Assembly: GCA_038227875.1 (NCBI GenBank)
Contig: JBBRPR010000014.1
Span: 117,401 to 181,400 of the forward strand
Origin: Planctomycetota bacterium
Lineage (GTDB): Bacteria; Planctomycetota; SZUA-567; H5-PLA8
Length of the DNA: 64,000 nt
Direction of reading: 5' to 3'
A program made the translations under genes and the position numbers. Shown here in pieces: positions 48,301-56,647 of this stretch. Numbering within the stretch: position 1 is the stretch's first letter; each line of letters begins with the position of its first letter. Below the pieces are notes generated by a model. That model saw only the letters and a list, made by a program, of their open reading frames with translations. It was not told the DNA's origin and ran no database searches.

Positions 48301-50393
48301 TCATATCGTACTCTCACACATCGGCCCCTCATGTACGCTGGAACTTCCCCGAGACGATGATCTTCGCTCCCGAGATTATCACCGACGAAAACGGCAACGC
48401 GTCGTTCGAGCTCGGTGTCGCCGATTCGCTCACCCGCTGGCGCGTGCAGACGGATGCCGTCGCACAGTCCGGCGGCGTCGCGCAGACGCAGTCGCAGCTC
48501 ATCGTCACGCAACCGTTCTCCGTCGATCTGATTCTCCCCGCCAGCGTCACGGCCGGCGACGTCCTGCGCGTGCCGGCGGTCGTCAGCAATCACACCGGGA
48601 CCGCACAGCGTGTCGACCTGGCATTCGATGTCACCGGAGCGGTGAGCACCGATGGACTGACGCGAGAACTGATGGTCGGACCCGATGCCTCCGCGGCGGC
48701 GGAGTTCACGATCCGCTTTACATCATCAGGAACGGCGCGGTTCCGCGTCACGGCCCGGCCGCAGAATGCGCCCGCTGAAGATCAGGACGCCATTGAGCGG
48801 ACGCTGACGGTGATTCCCGACGGCGAAGCGGTCGCGTTCTCGGCCTCGGGCCCGATCGCCGAAAACGGCACCCTCGAGCTTGAAGTGCCCGACAACGCAA
48901 TCCCCGGCACCGTGCGCGCGACTCTCAACCTCCATCGCGGTCCGCTGACGCAGATGATCGAGGGCCTCGACTCGATGCTTCAGGAACCGCACGGCTGCTT
49001 CGAGCAGACGTCGTCGAGCACCTATCCGAACATCATGATCCTGCGCTACCTGAAAGCCCATGAAGTCAACAACCCGCAGGCGCTGGCGCGCGCGAAACAA
49101 TTTATCGAGCAGGGTTATCAGCGATTGCTGACGTTCGAAGTCAACGGCCCCAGCGGCAGCTTCTCGCTGTTCGGGCAGGCGCCGGCGAGCACCTGGCTGA
49201 CGGCCTATGGACTGCAGGAATTCAACGACATGTCGGCGGTCTTCCCGGTCGATCCGGCGCTGCTGGAACGGATGCGCGGATACCTGATCGGAAAGATGCG
49301 CAACGATGGCTCGTTCGATGTCGACGAATACCACGGACATGAGGCGAGCGATCGCGGGCTGGCGGCGACGGCGTATGTCGTCCACGCGCTCGGCGCATTT
49401 GCGCCCGCGGAGAGCATCCGCTACCTCGCCAATCACCGCGACGAAATCCGCGGCGATCCGTATCTCTGCGCGCTCTGCGCCAATGCGCTGTTGCAGTCCG
49501 ATCGCGCGACGGCCAGCCAGCTCGCGTCCAATCTGCCGCGCCTATTTGAGCTCACCCCCGACGGCAAGCAGGCGACGCTGCCCGCGAAATCGACGCTCGC
49601 CTGGGGCTACGGCCGCACCGCGTCGACGGAAGCCTCGGCACTCGGAGCGCTCGCCTTGCTGCAGACCGGACAGGAGATCGACGCGGCTCAGAAACTCCTC
49701 GCCGGATTGCAAGGGCGCGGCGCGTGGTCGTCCACGCACGCCACGGTGCTCGCGTTGAAAGCGCTGGAATGCGCCGCGAGCCGCACGCAGCAGAGTGGTG
49801 CGCTGCGGATCGTCGCAGAACTCAACGGCGACGCGCTGCCGGTCATCGACCTGAAGGCCGAAGAGACCGGGCTTCCCGTCTCGATCCCGCTGACGCTGCC
49901 GAAAGGAAAATCGAAGCTGCGCGTGCAGGTCAGCGGCGGCGCGCTGGTCGCGCGCGTGACCGGCAGCGCGTGGGTGCCGTGGCAACAGCACGCTCCGAAA
50001 TCTTCGCTATCCAGTCCGTTCTCCGCACTCACCACGTACGACGTGATGAACGTCGCGAAAAATCAGAGTGTGCTCGGCACGCTGAACCTGACTGTGAAAG
50101 GCCGCCGCGCCGAAGTGCCGATGATCGAATGGGGCCTGGCCGCCGGTTTCCAGCCCAACAGCACCGATCTCGATGCGCTCAAAACGCGCGGAGTGATCAC
50201 GCGCTGGGAACTCTCGGGGCGCAGCCTCCACCTTTATCTGCCGGATCTGAACGAGGGCAGCAAGACGCTGCTGTCGGTGCGCTTCACGCCGACCGCCGGC
50301 GGCACGCTGACCGCGCAGCCGGGCCGCGTGTACGAGTACTACAGCCCCGCGGACGCGGCTTCGATTCAGCCGGTGAAGTTCGACGTGAAATAA
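45324..50393 (+). CDS. Anti-sigma-like N-terminus fused to membrane-embedded alpha-2-macroglobulin (thioester protein)
   Basis: LAYYLGALEPE anti-sigma-like helix; TM; DR...RPGET, AVDEALL, VRWNFPET, GCFEQ thioester, GYQRLL, STWLTAY, VYEYY. Confidence 0.85.
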   Translation: MNEEMIPPEPTSENERRRETMLAYYLGALEPEQEALIRGRIETSPEWQAARLEAKTMLNGLKRDAHAGTAPATLAERTLESLRNDGKPRAAETAAKATVSRAAVKRDRVAAPVASPLFTKTVRVFAALFVVSLITLGILAWSNAASSVSAPAIYWRTESELASGGPFAPSLQIRDAASGVPASASVTAQLYDERDKSKVIPIGTASTDETGTLAATNWRVPAVPAGKYILQILARSGLGTELDRVEHPVTIAASNRLALAPDRTQARPGETLHVRALALSSAGQTPVRNTPITFDILDPRGNRINRVETRTSNFGLAWAEFRLDTAAPEGAYKLTAISEGLAAEREVNVKQYALPAYQTVIAPAKAWFKKNETINGTLDVHTFDGQRISDATSDLTLTTATGQVVSQQHLNPAQDGRAAFSLPWSSSDDSDRFALILHSKVTDGGGRVVECKKPISIAGGELVLSAIPEARELVPGVANRVYLLARSPDGRGMTSHLIVHRGAEVQELDTDAAGVAALTVENPERPAEVIEITDRATGVSRRVSLPIRAEKDGRLLLRTDRAIAQGGQTLTATLLCGGATPTSNGVALVSLRKGGSTVFSKGVKLSGVSTSVQFQIPEGSAGLYSLDTVMTVGADAWTDRRSLLVTNSSNVRVVASADRASYKPGQRARLNFNVTDASGKGLASAVSVLAVDEALLTLTGENPGLAQALLSDESGALSQPDLPLDVRDFGPAQGDSPAALAALAHVAPKLPSPNSERNDSEEFIDHSAAKLEMVRHERKQTNDLLKQCAWALGGVSAVFVFTLLLIWELSTNISFRPRNLALTGNFIGWVTAITLVAALGILLVAPFHRPGLFVTLMAASLVVSHAVLIWHGIALTPNASALKVITVTVLSDCYLLAAACLAAQSRNQDGEVLLFILFGALPVVIAQLTQSVPGNLVRIGIACAGLFFFAALILPTLGRAREKAAANGRGFVVAAKAEAFEEETALLSSRPLLISYSHTSAPHVRWNFPETMIFAPEIITDENGNASFELGVADSLTRWRVQTDAVAQSGGVAQTQSQLIVTQPFSVDLILPASVTAGDVLRVPAVVSNHTGTAQRVDLAFDVTGAVSTDGLTRELMVGPDASAAAEFTIRFTSSGTARFRVTARPQNAPAEDQDAIERTLTVIPDGEAVAFSASGPIAENGTLELEVPDNAIPGTVRATLNLHRGPLTQMIEGLDSMLQEPHGCFEQTSSSTYPNIMILRYLKAHEVNNPQALARAKQFIEQGYQRLLTFEVNGPSGSFSLFGQAPASTWLTAYGLQEFNDMSAVFPVDPALLERMRGYLIGKMRNDGSFDVDEYHGHEASDRGLAATAYVVHALGAFAPAESIRYLANHRDEIRGDPYLCALCANALLQSDRATASQLASNLPRLFELTPDGKQATLPAKSTLAWGYGRTASTEASALGALALLQTGQEIDAAQKLLAGLQGRGAWSSTHATVLALKALECAASRTQQSGALRIVAELNGDALPVIDLKAEETGLPVSIPLTLPKGKSKLRVQVSGGALVARVTGSAWVPWQQHAPKSSLSSPFSALTTYDVMNVAKNQSVLGTLNLTVKGRRAEVPMIEWGLAAGFQPNSTDLDALKTRGVITRWELSGRSLHLYLPDLNEGSKTLLSVRFTPTAGGTLTAQPGRVYEYYSPADAASIQPVKFDVK

Positions 50394-50408
50394 ATGGCGA
50401 CGGTCTTG

Positions 50409-51278
50409 TTAAAGCGACGTGGGATGCCGCTGGCGCTTCCGAAGCAGGATGTCGCAGAGCACGATCAACGGAAGCGACCAGGCCAGCAGTGCCGCGGCGA
50501 GACCAGTGTTTTCGTGTTCGTATTCGAGCGAGTTGGAACGCAGCGCGGGCGGAAGGATATCGGGGTACGCGACTTGTTTGCCGGTGACGCCCAGCCATTC
50601 GCCGTAGGTGAGCGGACTGTGGACCAGGTCGAACAGTCCCGGCGTCTGATGAATGCCAGCGTTGCTTTCCACGTACCACGCGGCGCAGACGGCGGTCGGC
50701 GGACTGAGTTTCATCACGCCGTCGGCGACGACTTCTGCGCGGTGGGCGCCGTCGGTTTGCGACGACTGTTCGCAGCCGCGGATTACGCCGCGTGTCCAGA
50801 AGAGCGTCGTGATCAGGGCGCTCATGAAAAGCAGTAGCAGCTGGCGTGCGATCAGCTCTCGGGGAAAAAGGATCGTCGTGAGCAGCGCGTGCAGCGCGGT
50901 CGCCAGCGCAGCCTGCGCCGTAAACAGGACGGCCAACGCCACAAACGTGCGCGCCGGTTCGGCGTGAACGGGCGCCACGGCCATGCCGGCGAACGCGGCG
51001 GTGCCGAGCAGTTCGGCTTGTCCCCAGGCGGTCAGCCACGGCAGGCGGCGTGCGAATTGCTCACGACCGGGCAGCAGCGCCAGCAGCACGGCGAGCCCCG
51101 CGAAGTCGACGGCAAGCGATCCGGCGATGAGATGGTACGAGCGCAGCGGCGCGCCGGTGTTGTAGATGCGTGCGAAGATGTAGTCGATACTGACGCCGAA
51201 TAGAAACGCGGCTCCGACGCCCAAGGCCATCCACCCATTGAATAGCGGATGGCGGCGGGCGCTGGTGGTTTCAGTCAA
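50409..51278 (-). CDS. Hypothetical multi-pass membrane protein
   Basis: About six hydrophobic segments; TTG start; follows the YdjY gene. Confidence 0.6.
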   Translation of the reverse strand: MTETTSARRHPLFNGWMALGVGAAFLFGVSIDYIFARIYNTGAPLRSYHLIAGSLAVDFAGLAVLLALLPGREQFARRLPWLTAWGQAELLGTAAFAGMAVAPVHAEPARTFVALAVLFTAQAALATALHALLTTILFPRELIARQLLLLFMSALITTLFWTRGVIRGCEQSSQTDGAHRAEVVADGVMKLSPPTAVCAAWYVESNAGIHQTPGLFDLVHSPLTYGEWLGVTGKQVAYPDILPPALRSNSLEYEHENTGLAAALLAWSLPLIVLCDILLRKRQRHPTSL

Positions 51279-51298
51279 GGTAAGTCTTTCCCGTAGGA

Positions 51299-52414
51299 CT
51301 ACTTTTTTGGCGCCCAGTCGGTTTTGATGCCTTCGCCCTTGTGGTCGCCGGTGTCGGTCAGGTCGGCATCGGTCAGCAGCGGGCCGGTGTAGGGTTCGAA
51401 GATCAGTTTGCAGGGCGTGTGGCGTTTGGGAACGCAGCGCCAGTTGACGGCGTAACCGTTGGCGTGGAGCGGATTGATGTTGCGGGTGTTGAGCGGTGAA
51501 TTGAGAATCGCGATCGGGTCGAGACGGACGGCGGCGATCGACTTCTCGAAATCGGCGATGAAAATCATCTTGCCCGTCTGCGGGTCCTTATCGAACTTGG
51601 AGCCGGTGAAGGCAAACGGCACCCGCTTCATCTCACGCTCGGTCTGGAGGTTGAAGGCGAAGAATTCGACGGGCACGCGGACCAGGCGCTTGTTGGGGTT
51701 GGGCTTTTCGTCGGGCTTGGTTTCAGGCTTCGGATCCAGCGGCTGAGGCTCGCCGGCCTTCGCTTCCGGCACCGGCTCGCCGGTTTTTTCGTTGGGCGTT
51801 TCCCACTCGAATTCCACCGACATCAGCACGCCGGCGTCCTTGGGCAGAGTGACGGCGCCCTGGTCGTCCAGTTCTCCGGCGTAGACATACTCGCAGGCCA
51901 GCAACGCGTAACAGAGATCGTGGGGCCGGGCGTCGATGGCGATGACCGTCTCATGCAGCTTGGCGTTGGGGCCCTTGCTGACGACGAGGTACTCGAGCGG
52001 GCCTTGTTCGAGCGCGAATTCAGCGCTGAGGACAATTAGCTTGTTCTTGGGGCGCGTTTCGGGATTCGGGTCGATCAGGATCGTCTTGTCGCCTTCGATG
52101 TTCTTCTCTTTGTCGGACCCAAACGGTGCCAGCTTGGACGTGTCGAGGGGCTTCAATTGTGTCGTGTTGATCAGGATGTTGCCGAGCAGTCGGCGCACGA
52201 TGACCAACTGGCGCTCGTCCATTTTTTTATCGAGTTCGATCTTCTTGAGATCAGGTTCGGCGGCTGCGCCGAGCTTTAACAGTTCCGCGATGGCTGTGGC
52301 GCGCTTTTTGTCATCGGTGAGATCGTCGACCAGAGCACTGACGTCCGCGGCAAAGGTGCACCGGAGGGAGAGGATTGCCACTAGTAGGGGTAGTACGCGG
52401 CGCACGATTTTCAC
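51299..52414 (-). CDS. Secreted YdjY-domain protein
   Basis: LEYLVV....K.HETVI...P..L..ALL, FAFTGS.F; GTG start behind GGAGG; signal peptide. Confidence 0.65.
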   Translation of the reverse strand: MKIVRRVLPLLVAILSLRCTFAADVSALVDDLTDDKKRATAIAELLKLGAAAEPDLKKIELDKKMDERQLVIVRRLLGNILINTTQLKPLDTSKLAPFGSDKEKNIEGDKTILIDPNPETRPKNKLIVLSAEFALEQGPLEYLVVSKGPNAKLHETVIAIDARPHDLCYALLACEYVYAGELDDQGAVTLPKDAGVLMSVEFEWETPNEKTGEPVPEAKAGEPQPLDPKPETKPDEKPNPNKRLVRVPVEFFAFNLQTEREMKRVPFAFTGSKFDKDPQTGKMIFIADFEKSIAAVRLDPIAILNSPLNTRNINPLHANGYAVNWRCVPKRHTPCKLIFEPYTGPLLTDADLTDTGDHKGEGIKTDWAPKK

Positions 52415-52574
52415 GACGGAATCCTCCGTGTACACTTACACGTCACTGAGTGTCTGTTTGTCGTTCACCTGCGACCATGCTAGGCTATGAGTCTACTAGG
52501 CACACTATCCAGATGCACTTCTTGTGCCCGGATTTTAATGTCTTCTCTCAAGCAGCCGAGTCATAGAGCAGCGC

Positions 52575-53801
52575 ATGGACCCAGTTCCACCCGAACCGCC
52601 GCCATCGGAGCGACCGCCTGAGCCGCCCATCGGACCTGCTCCATCTGAGGTGTCTCCGCCCCCTTCCACCGGGGTCAATCCTGCTCAGGGTGACAGTGCA
52701 GTTCCTGCATCGGTTCCTGACGTCCCGATTGAAGTTCGCCCTCCGCTCGCGCCGCCTCCCACGCTGAGTTCCCAGTACGAACAGTGGCTGTTGAGCAACC
52801 TTGCGCCTCTTGGGGTAATCGTGGTGGCGCTGGCGATGATGCTGGCACTCGGACCGTTGCTTGTGAAGCCCACGACTATTCGGCCGGTGGTTCCGGATTC
52901 GCCCGTGACGCCGCTTTTTCCAGGCATGGAAAAACCGATGCGCGTGACGTGGCCGAACCTCGGTGTGATCTGCCTGGTCGGGCTGGTGCTGATGTATATT
53001 TTTACGCCCGACGCACGGCGCTGGTTCAAGCAGTACACGCCGCGGCCGCTGCCGGCGTTGAAGATCCTGGATCTGCTGGCGCTATTGGCTTCGTCGCGGG
53101 CGGTGGCGTTGCTGCTGGTAGTGATCGCGCAACGCGCCAAAATTCCACTACTGGCGGCGGGAAGTGAGAAAGCGATTCTCGCCGCGGAGATGATCCTCGG
53201 CGATGCCATTTTTCTGGCCGTGGTCTTTCTGGCGATCTGGCTGGCGCGACAGCGCGTGGGCGGGCCGCATGGTTCGATGGGCGTGTGGCCGTTCTGGAAA
53301 CTGGTGAACACGGAACGTTCGGTGCTCAACGACATCGTGCTGGGCGCGGCCTGTTATCCCGTGTTCTTTTTACTTGGGAATCTTTTCTTCGTGCCGCTGG
53401 GCCACGAACTGGCGGAGTACTTCGGCTACAACCCCAAACCGCACCCGCTCTTGTTGGCGCTGCGGGAACAACTGCAGCCGTGGGAGTTGGTTGTGTTTGT
53501 GCTGTCCGCCACGATTGGTGCGGCGTTCTTCGAAGAACTCATTTTCCGCGGTGTGCTCTACAACGGCCTGCGCCGCTACGTCGGCCCGTGGCTTGGCGGG
53601 GCCGCCGCGGCGCTGGTGTTCGCGACGCTGCATCCGGTGGGCGACTGGCTGGGCATTTTCTTTCTGGGCATGATGCTGACGTGGCTCTACGACAAGACCG
53701 GGCGGCTGGTCTCGAGCATGACGCTGCACTTCATCAACAATTCGGTGGCGGTGATTGCGACGTTGAGCTTGGAATATTTGCAGCGCTATCTGAAGAAATG
53801 A
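52575..53801 (+). CDS. CPBP (Abi/CAAX) intramembrane glutamic endopeptidase
   Basis: FFEELIFRG, FATLH, HFINN motifs; Pro-rich N-terminus. Confidence 0.9.
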   Translation: MDPVPPEPPPSERPPEPPIGPAPSEVSPPPSTGVNPAQGDSAVPASVPDVPIEVRPPLAPPPTLSSQYEQWLLSNLAPLGVIVVALAMMLALGPLLVKPTTIRPVVPDSPVTPLFPGMEKPMRVTWPNLGVICLVGLVLMYIFTPDARRWFKQYTPRPLPALKILDLLALLASSRAVALLLVVIAQRAKIPLLAAGSEKAILAAEMILGDAIFLAVVFLAIWLARQRVGGPHGSMGVWPFWKLVNTERSVLNDIVLGAACYPVFFLLGNLFFVPLGHELAEYFGYNPKPHPLLLALREQLQPWELVVFVLSATIGAAFFEELIFRGVLYNGLRRYVGPWLGGAAAALVFATLHPVGDWLGIFFLGMMLTWLYDKTGRLVSSMTLHFINNSVAVIATLSLEYLQRYLKK

Positions 53802-54061
53802 CGGGCGAATTTAACCCAACCTCCAGGCAAATTTGCCTGAACCACTACTAATAGTAGTGTTGTACCTGTAGGACCCGGGGACCAATTGGTCCCCGGGGAA
53901 AACAAGCGTCTTAGCCCAAAAACAGTCCCAGCGCGTGCTTTTTTGAATTCGCCTCGCCCGACTGTGCGGGTCGCAAATGCGCCGAACTGCGCTTTGGCAA
54001 CCGACCGCGTTCATGGTAGTCTGAATGCACTTTGCAGTTCCAATTTCGACATGAGGATCAC

Positions 54062-55720
54062 ATGGCCAGTCACGAAGAAGAAGTAAAACGTACCCGCATC
54101 ATCCCCGACATTAATGCTTTGGCCGCAATGCCCTTCGAGAAGATTCCGAAGGATGAGTTTGCGCGCCTGAAGTGGGTGGGCTTTTACAAGCAGCGCCAGG
54201 CGCCGTACTTCATGGTGCGCGTCAAGATTTCCGGGGGATTGATTTCCCTTGATCAACTCGCTGCCGTCTCGCGCATGGCGCTGACGCTCGGCAACGGCAT
54301 CGATCATCTGACCACGCGCCAGGACATTGAACTCCACAACGTCCTGATCAGCACTGCGCCGGATCTGCTGGCCCAGCTGAAGGCCGTCGGCCTGACCACG
54401 CGCGGCGCGTGCGGCGACACGGTCCGCAACATTGTCGGCGTGCCGTGCGCGGGCGTCTGCCAGCACGAGGTGTACAACGTTGAACCGCTGCGCAAGCACC
54501 TCTACGATCACTTCATCACCGATGACACTGTGTTGAATCTGCCGCGCAAATTCAAGATCGCGCTCTCGGGTTGTCTGCGCCACCAGGGGCAGTATTCGAT
54601 CAACGACATCGGTCTGTTCCCGTCGAAGAATGCCGCGCGCGTCGCGGCCGAAGGCCCGGGCTTTGAATTCTGGGTCGGCGGTGGGCTGGGGGCTCAGCCA
54701 CTCCTCGCGCAGAAATTGTTGGACTACATTCCTGCGGCGGAAGTGCCCGCGGCCTGCGCGGCGACCGTTGAGACTTATCGCCTGTACGGCAACCGCGACA
54801 GCCGCACGACCGCGCGCCTGAAGTTCGTGCTCAAGAAATGGGGCCTGGAAAAGTACAAGCAGGTCTGGCAGGAACATTTCCAGGAAGCGCTGGAAAAGCT
54901 CGGCCGCGTCCAGTTCGATCTGAAGCCGCAGGCGACGGAAGTGTGGCAGGCCAACGTGCCGGCACCTTTCTATAAGCAGAAGAAGACCGGCCAGTACGGC
55001 GTTGAAGTGATGGTGCCGCTGGGCGATCCGCGCGCGGAAGACGTGCTCTCGCTGGTGAACTTCTGCCGCAAGCACAACGCTCAGGTCCGCATCACGCAGA
55101 CGCAGAATTTCCACATTCAGAATCTCTCCGAAGCGGCAGCGAAGGAAGTCAAGCCGCTGGTGGAATACTACGGCTGGACGCTGCAGGACACCGACCGCGC
55201 GCCGAATGTGGTTGCGTGCGTGGGCATGGACGAATGCGTCAAGGCGGTCTTCTACACCAAGCAACCGGCCAAGGTTGTAACGCAGAAGATCTACTCCGAT
55301 GTCCGTGGCGTGCCGAAGGGGCTGACGATCCACTTCTCTGGCTGCCCGAACAACTGCGGCCAGAACAGCTCGGCGGCGATCGGCTTCATGGGCGCAACGC
55401 GACCGGGCGGCTGGCAGAAGATCGGCGTGTTTTCGCTGTACCTTGGCGGCACGCTGGAAGGCAGCGGGCACGTCGGCAAGATGGTCGCGGCCGGAATCAA
55501 CCCCGACAGTCTGCCGCGGGTGATCGACGGCCTGGTCAATGCGTACTACGAAGACCGCAAGATCGACGCGGCATCCGAGAAGAGCAGCGGCGAGGATTTC
55601 TCAGTCTGGGCGCGCACACTGCCGAAGGAACGGCTGGTGAAGGTGTTGAAAGATGCGGACTCCGGCGCCGTGGGCACAGGCAATGCCACCGCGGCCGCAC
55701 CGGCTGCAGCGGGTAATTAA
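54062..55720 (+). CDS. Ferredoxin-type nitrite/sulfite reductase (siroheme, 4Fe-4S)
   Basis: TTRQDI, ACGDTVRN, NLPRKFK, ACVGMDEC and SGCPNNCG. Confidence 0.88.
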   Translation: MASHEEEVKRTRIIPDINALAAMPFEKIPKDEFARLKWVGFYKQRQAPYFMVRVKISGGLISLDQLAAVSRMALTLGNGIDHLTTRQDIELHNVLISTAPDLLAQLKAVGLTTRGACGDTVRNIVGVPCAGVCQHEVYNVEPLRKHLYDHFITDDTVLNLPRKFKIALSGCLRHQGQYSINDIGLFPSKNAARVAAEGPGFEFWVGGGLGAQPLLAQKLLDYIPAAEVPAACAATVETYRLYGNRDSRTTARLKFVLKKWGLEKYKQVWQEHFQEALEKLGRVQFDLKPQATEVWQANVPAPFYKQKKTGQYGVEVMVPLGDPRAEDVLSLVNFCRKHNAQVRITQTQNFHIQNLSEAAAKEVKPLVEYYGWTLQDTDRAPNVVACVGMDECVKAVFYTKQPAKVVTQKIYSDVRGVPKGLTIHFSGCPNNCGQNSSAAIGFMGATRPGGWQKIGVFSLYLGGTLEGSGHVGKMVAAGINPDSLPRVIDGLVNAYYEDRKIDAASEKSSGEDFSVWARTLPKERLVKVLKDADSGAVGTGNATAAAPAAAGN

Positions 55721-55792
55721 ATTCTGTGAAAGAGTGGTGCGGGCCGCTGTGCCCGCACCCATTTTTTACTCCGTCTTATCTGCGCGGGCCGT

Positions 55793-56647
55793 ATGATCAG
55801 CGCCACAGACAAGCCCTGGAATTCCGCGACCACCCTCTATATCGCCCGCAAGCTCAATGAACTCGCTGACGCCACGCCCGGCCGGAAACTCGACGTGCTC
55901 GACTTGGGCTGCGGCGAGGGGATGGTCATGGCGCAGTTGGTCGAATACGGCTATGCGCTGCACGGGTACGATCTCTCGGAACGCAAAGAGGTCTTGAAGA
56001 CGCGGCTCGGCGCGCATTTTGGCGATACGTTCGAAGACCGCATCCGAATCGCGCCGGACGAGCGCACGATTCCATTTCCCAACGCGTCGTTCGATGTGAT
56101 CTACGCCAACCAGGTGTTCGAGCACGTGAAGTTTCTCGACTGCGTCTACGCGGAATGCGCGCGCGTGTTGCGGCCCGGCGGTGTGGTGATCACGCTGTTT
56201 CCGCTCGCGACGTACCCGGTGGAACTGCACGCCAGAATTCCGTTCGCGCACTGGCTGCCGCCGGGGCGCGTGCGCATTGCGTACCTGCAGTGTTTTTATG
56301 CGCTGGGGTTGCGGCCGCGCTGGAAGGATCTCTCCGCGCACGAAACGGCCGTGCATTGGGATGAAACGCTGCGAAAAATTTGCTACTATCGCTTCATGAA
56401 CGAAATTCAGGAACTGTCCGAATACTATTTCGAAGGCTGGCAGTTCGATACTCATGCGTACATCCGCGCCAAGATCGATCTGATGGCCGCGAACCCCAGC
56501 GCGATGCGGCGGAAGGCCGGGGCGCTGCTGGAAGCGTGCGAAGGCAGCGTGCTCGATTACCTGATCACGCATTTTTTCGGCGCGGTGCTGGTGCTGAAAT
56601 CCCCGAGAGCCAAGCCGCAGACGCATGAATTCCCCCACGCTCACTGA
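55793..56647 (+). CDS. Class I SAM-dependent methyltransferase
   Basis: VLDLGCGEG, PFPNASFDVI, VFEHV, RVLRPGG. Confidence 0.88.
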   Translation: MISATDKPWNSATTLYIARKLNELADATPGRKLDVLDLGCGEGMVMAQLVEYGYALHGYDLSERKEVLKTRLGAHFGDTFEDRIRIAPDERTIPFPNASFDVIYANQVFEHVKFLDCVYAECARVLRPGGVVITLFPLATYPVELHARIPFAHWLPPGRVRIAYLQCFYALGLRPRWKDLSAHETAVHWDETLRKICYYRFMNEIQELSEYYFEGWQFDTHAYIRAKIDLMAANPSAMRRKAGALLEACEGSVLDYLITHFFGAVLVLKSPRAKPQTHEFPHAH

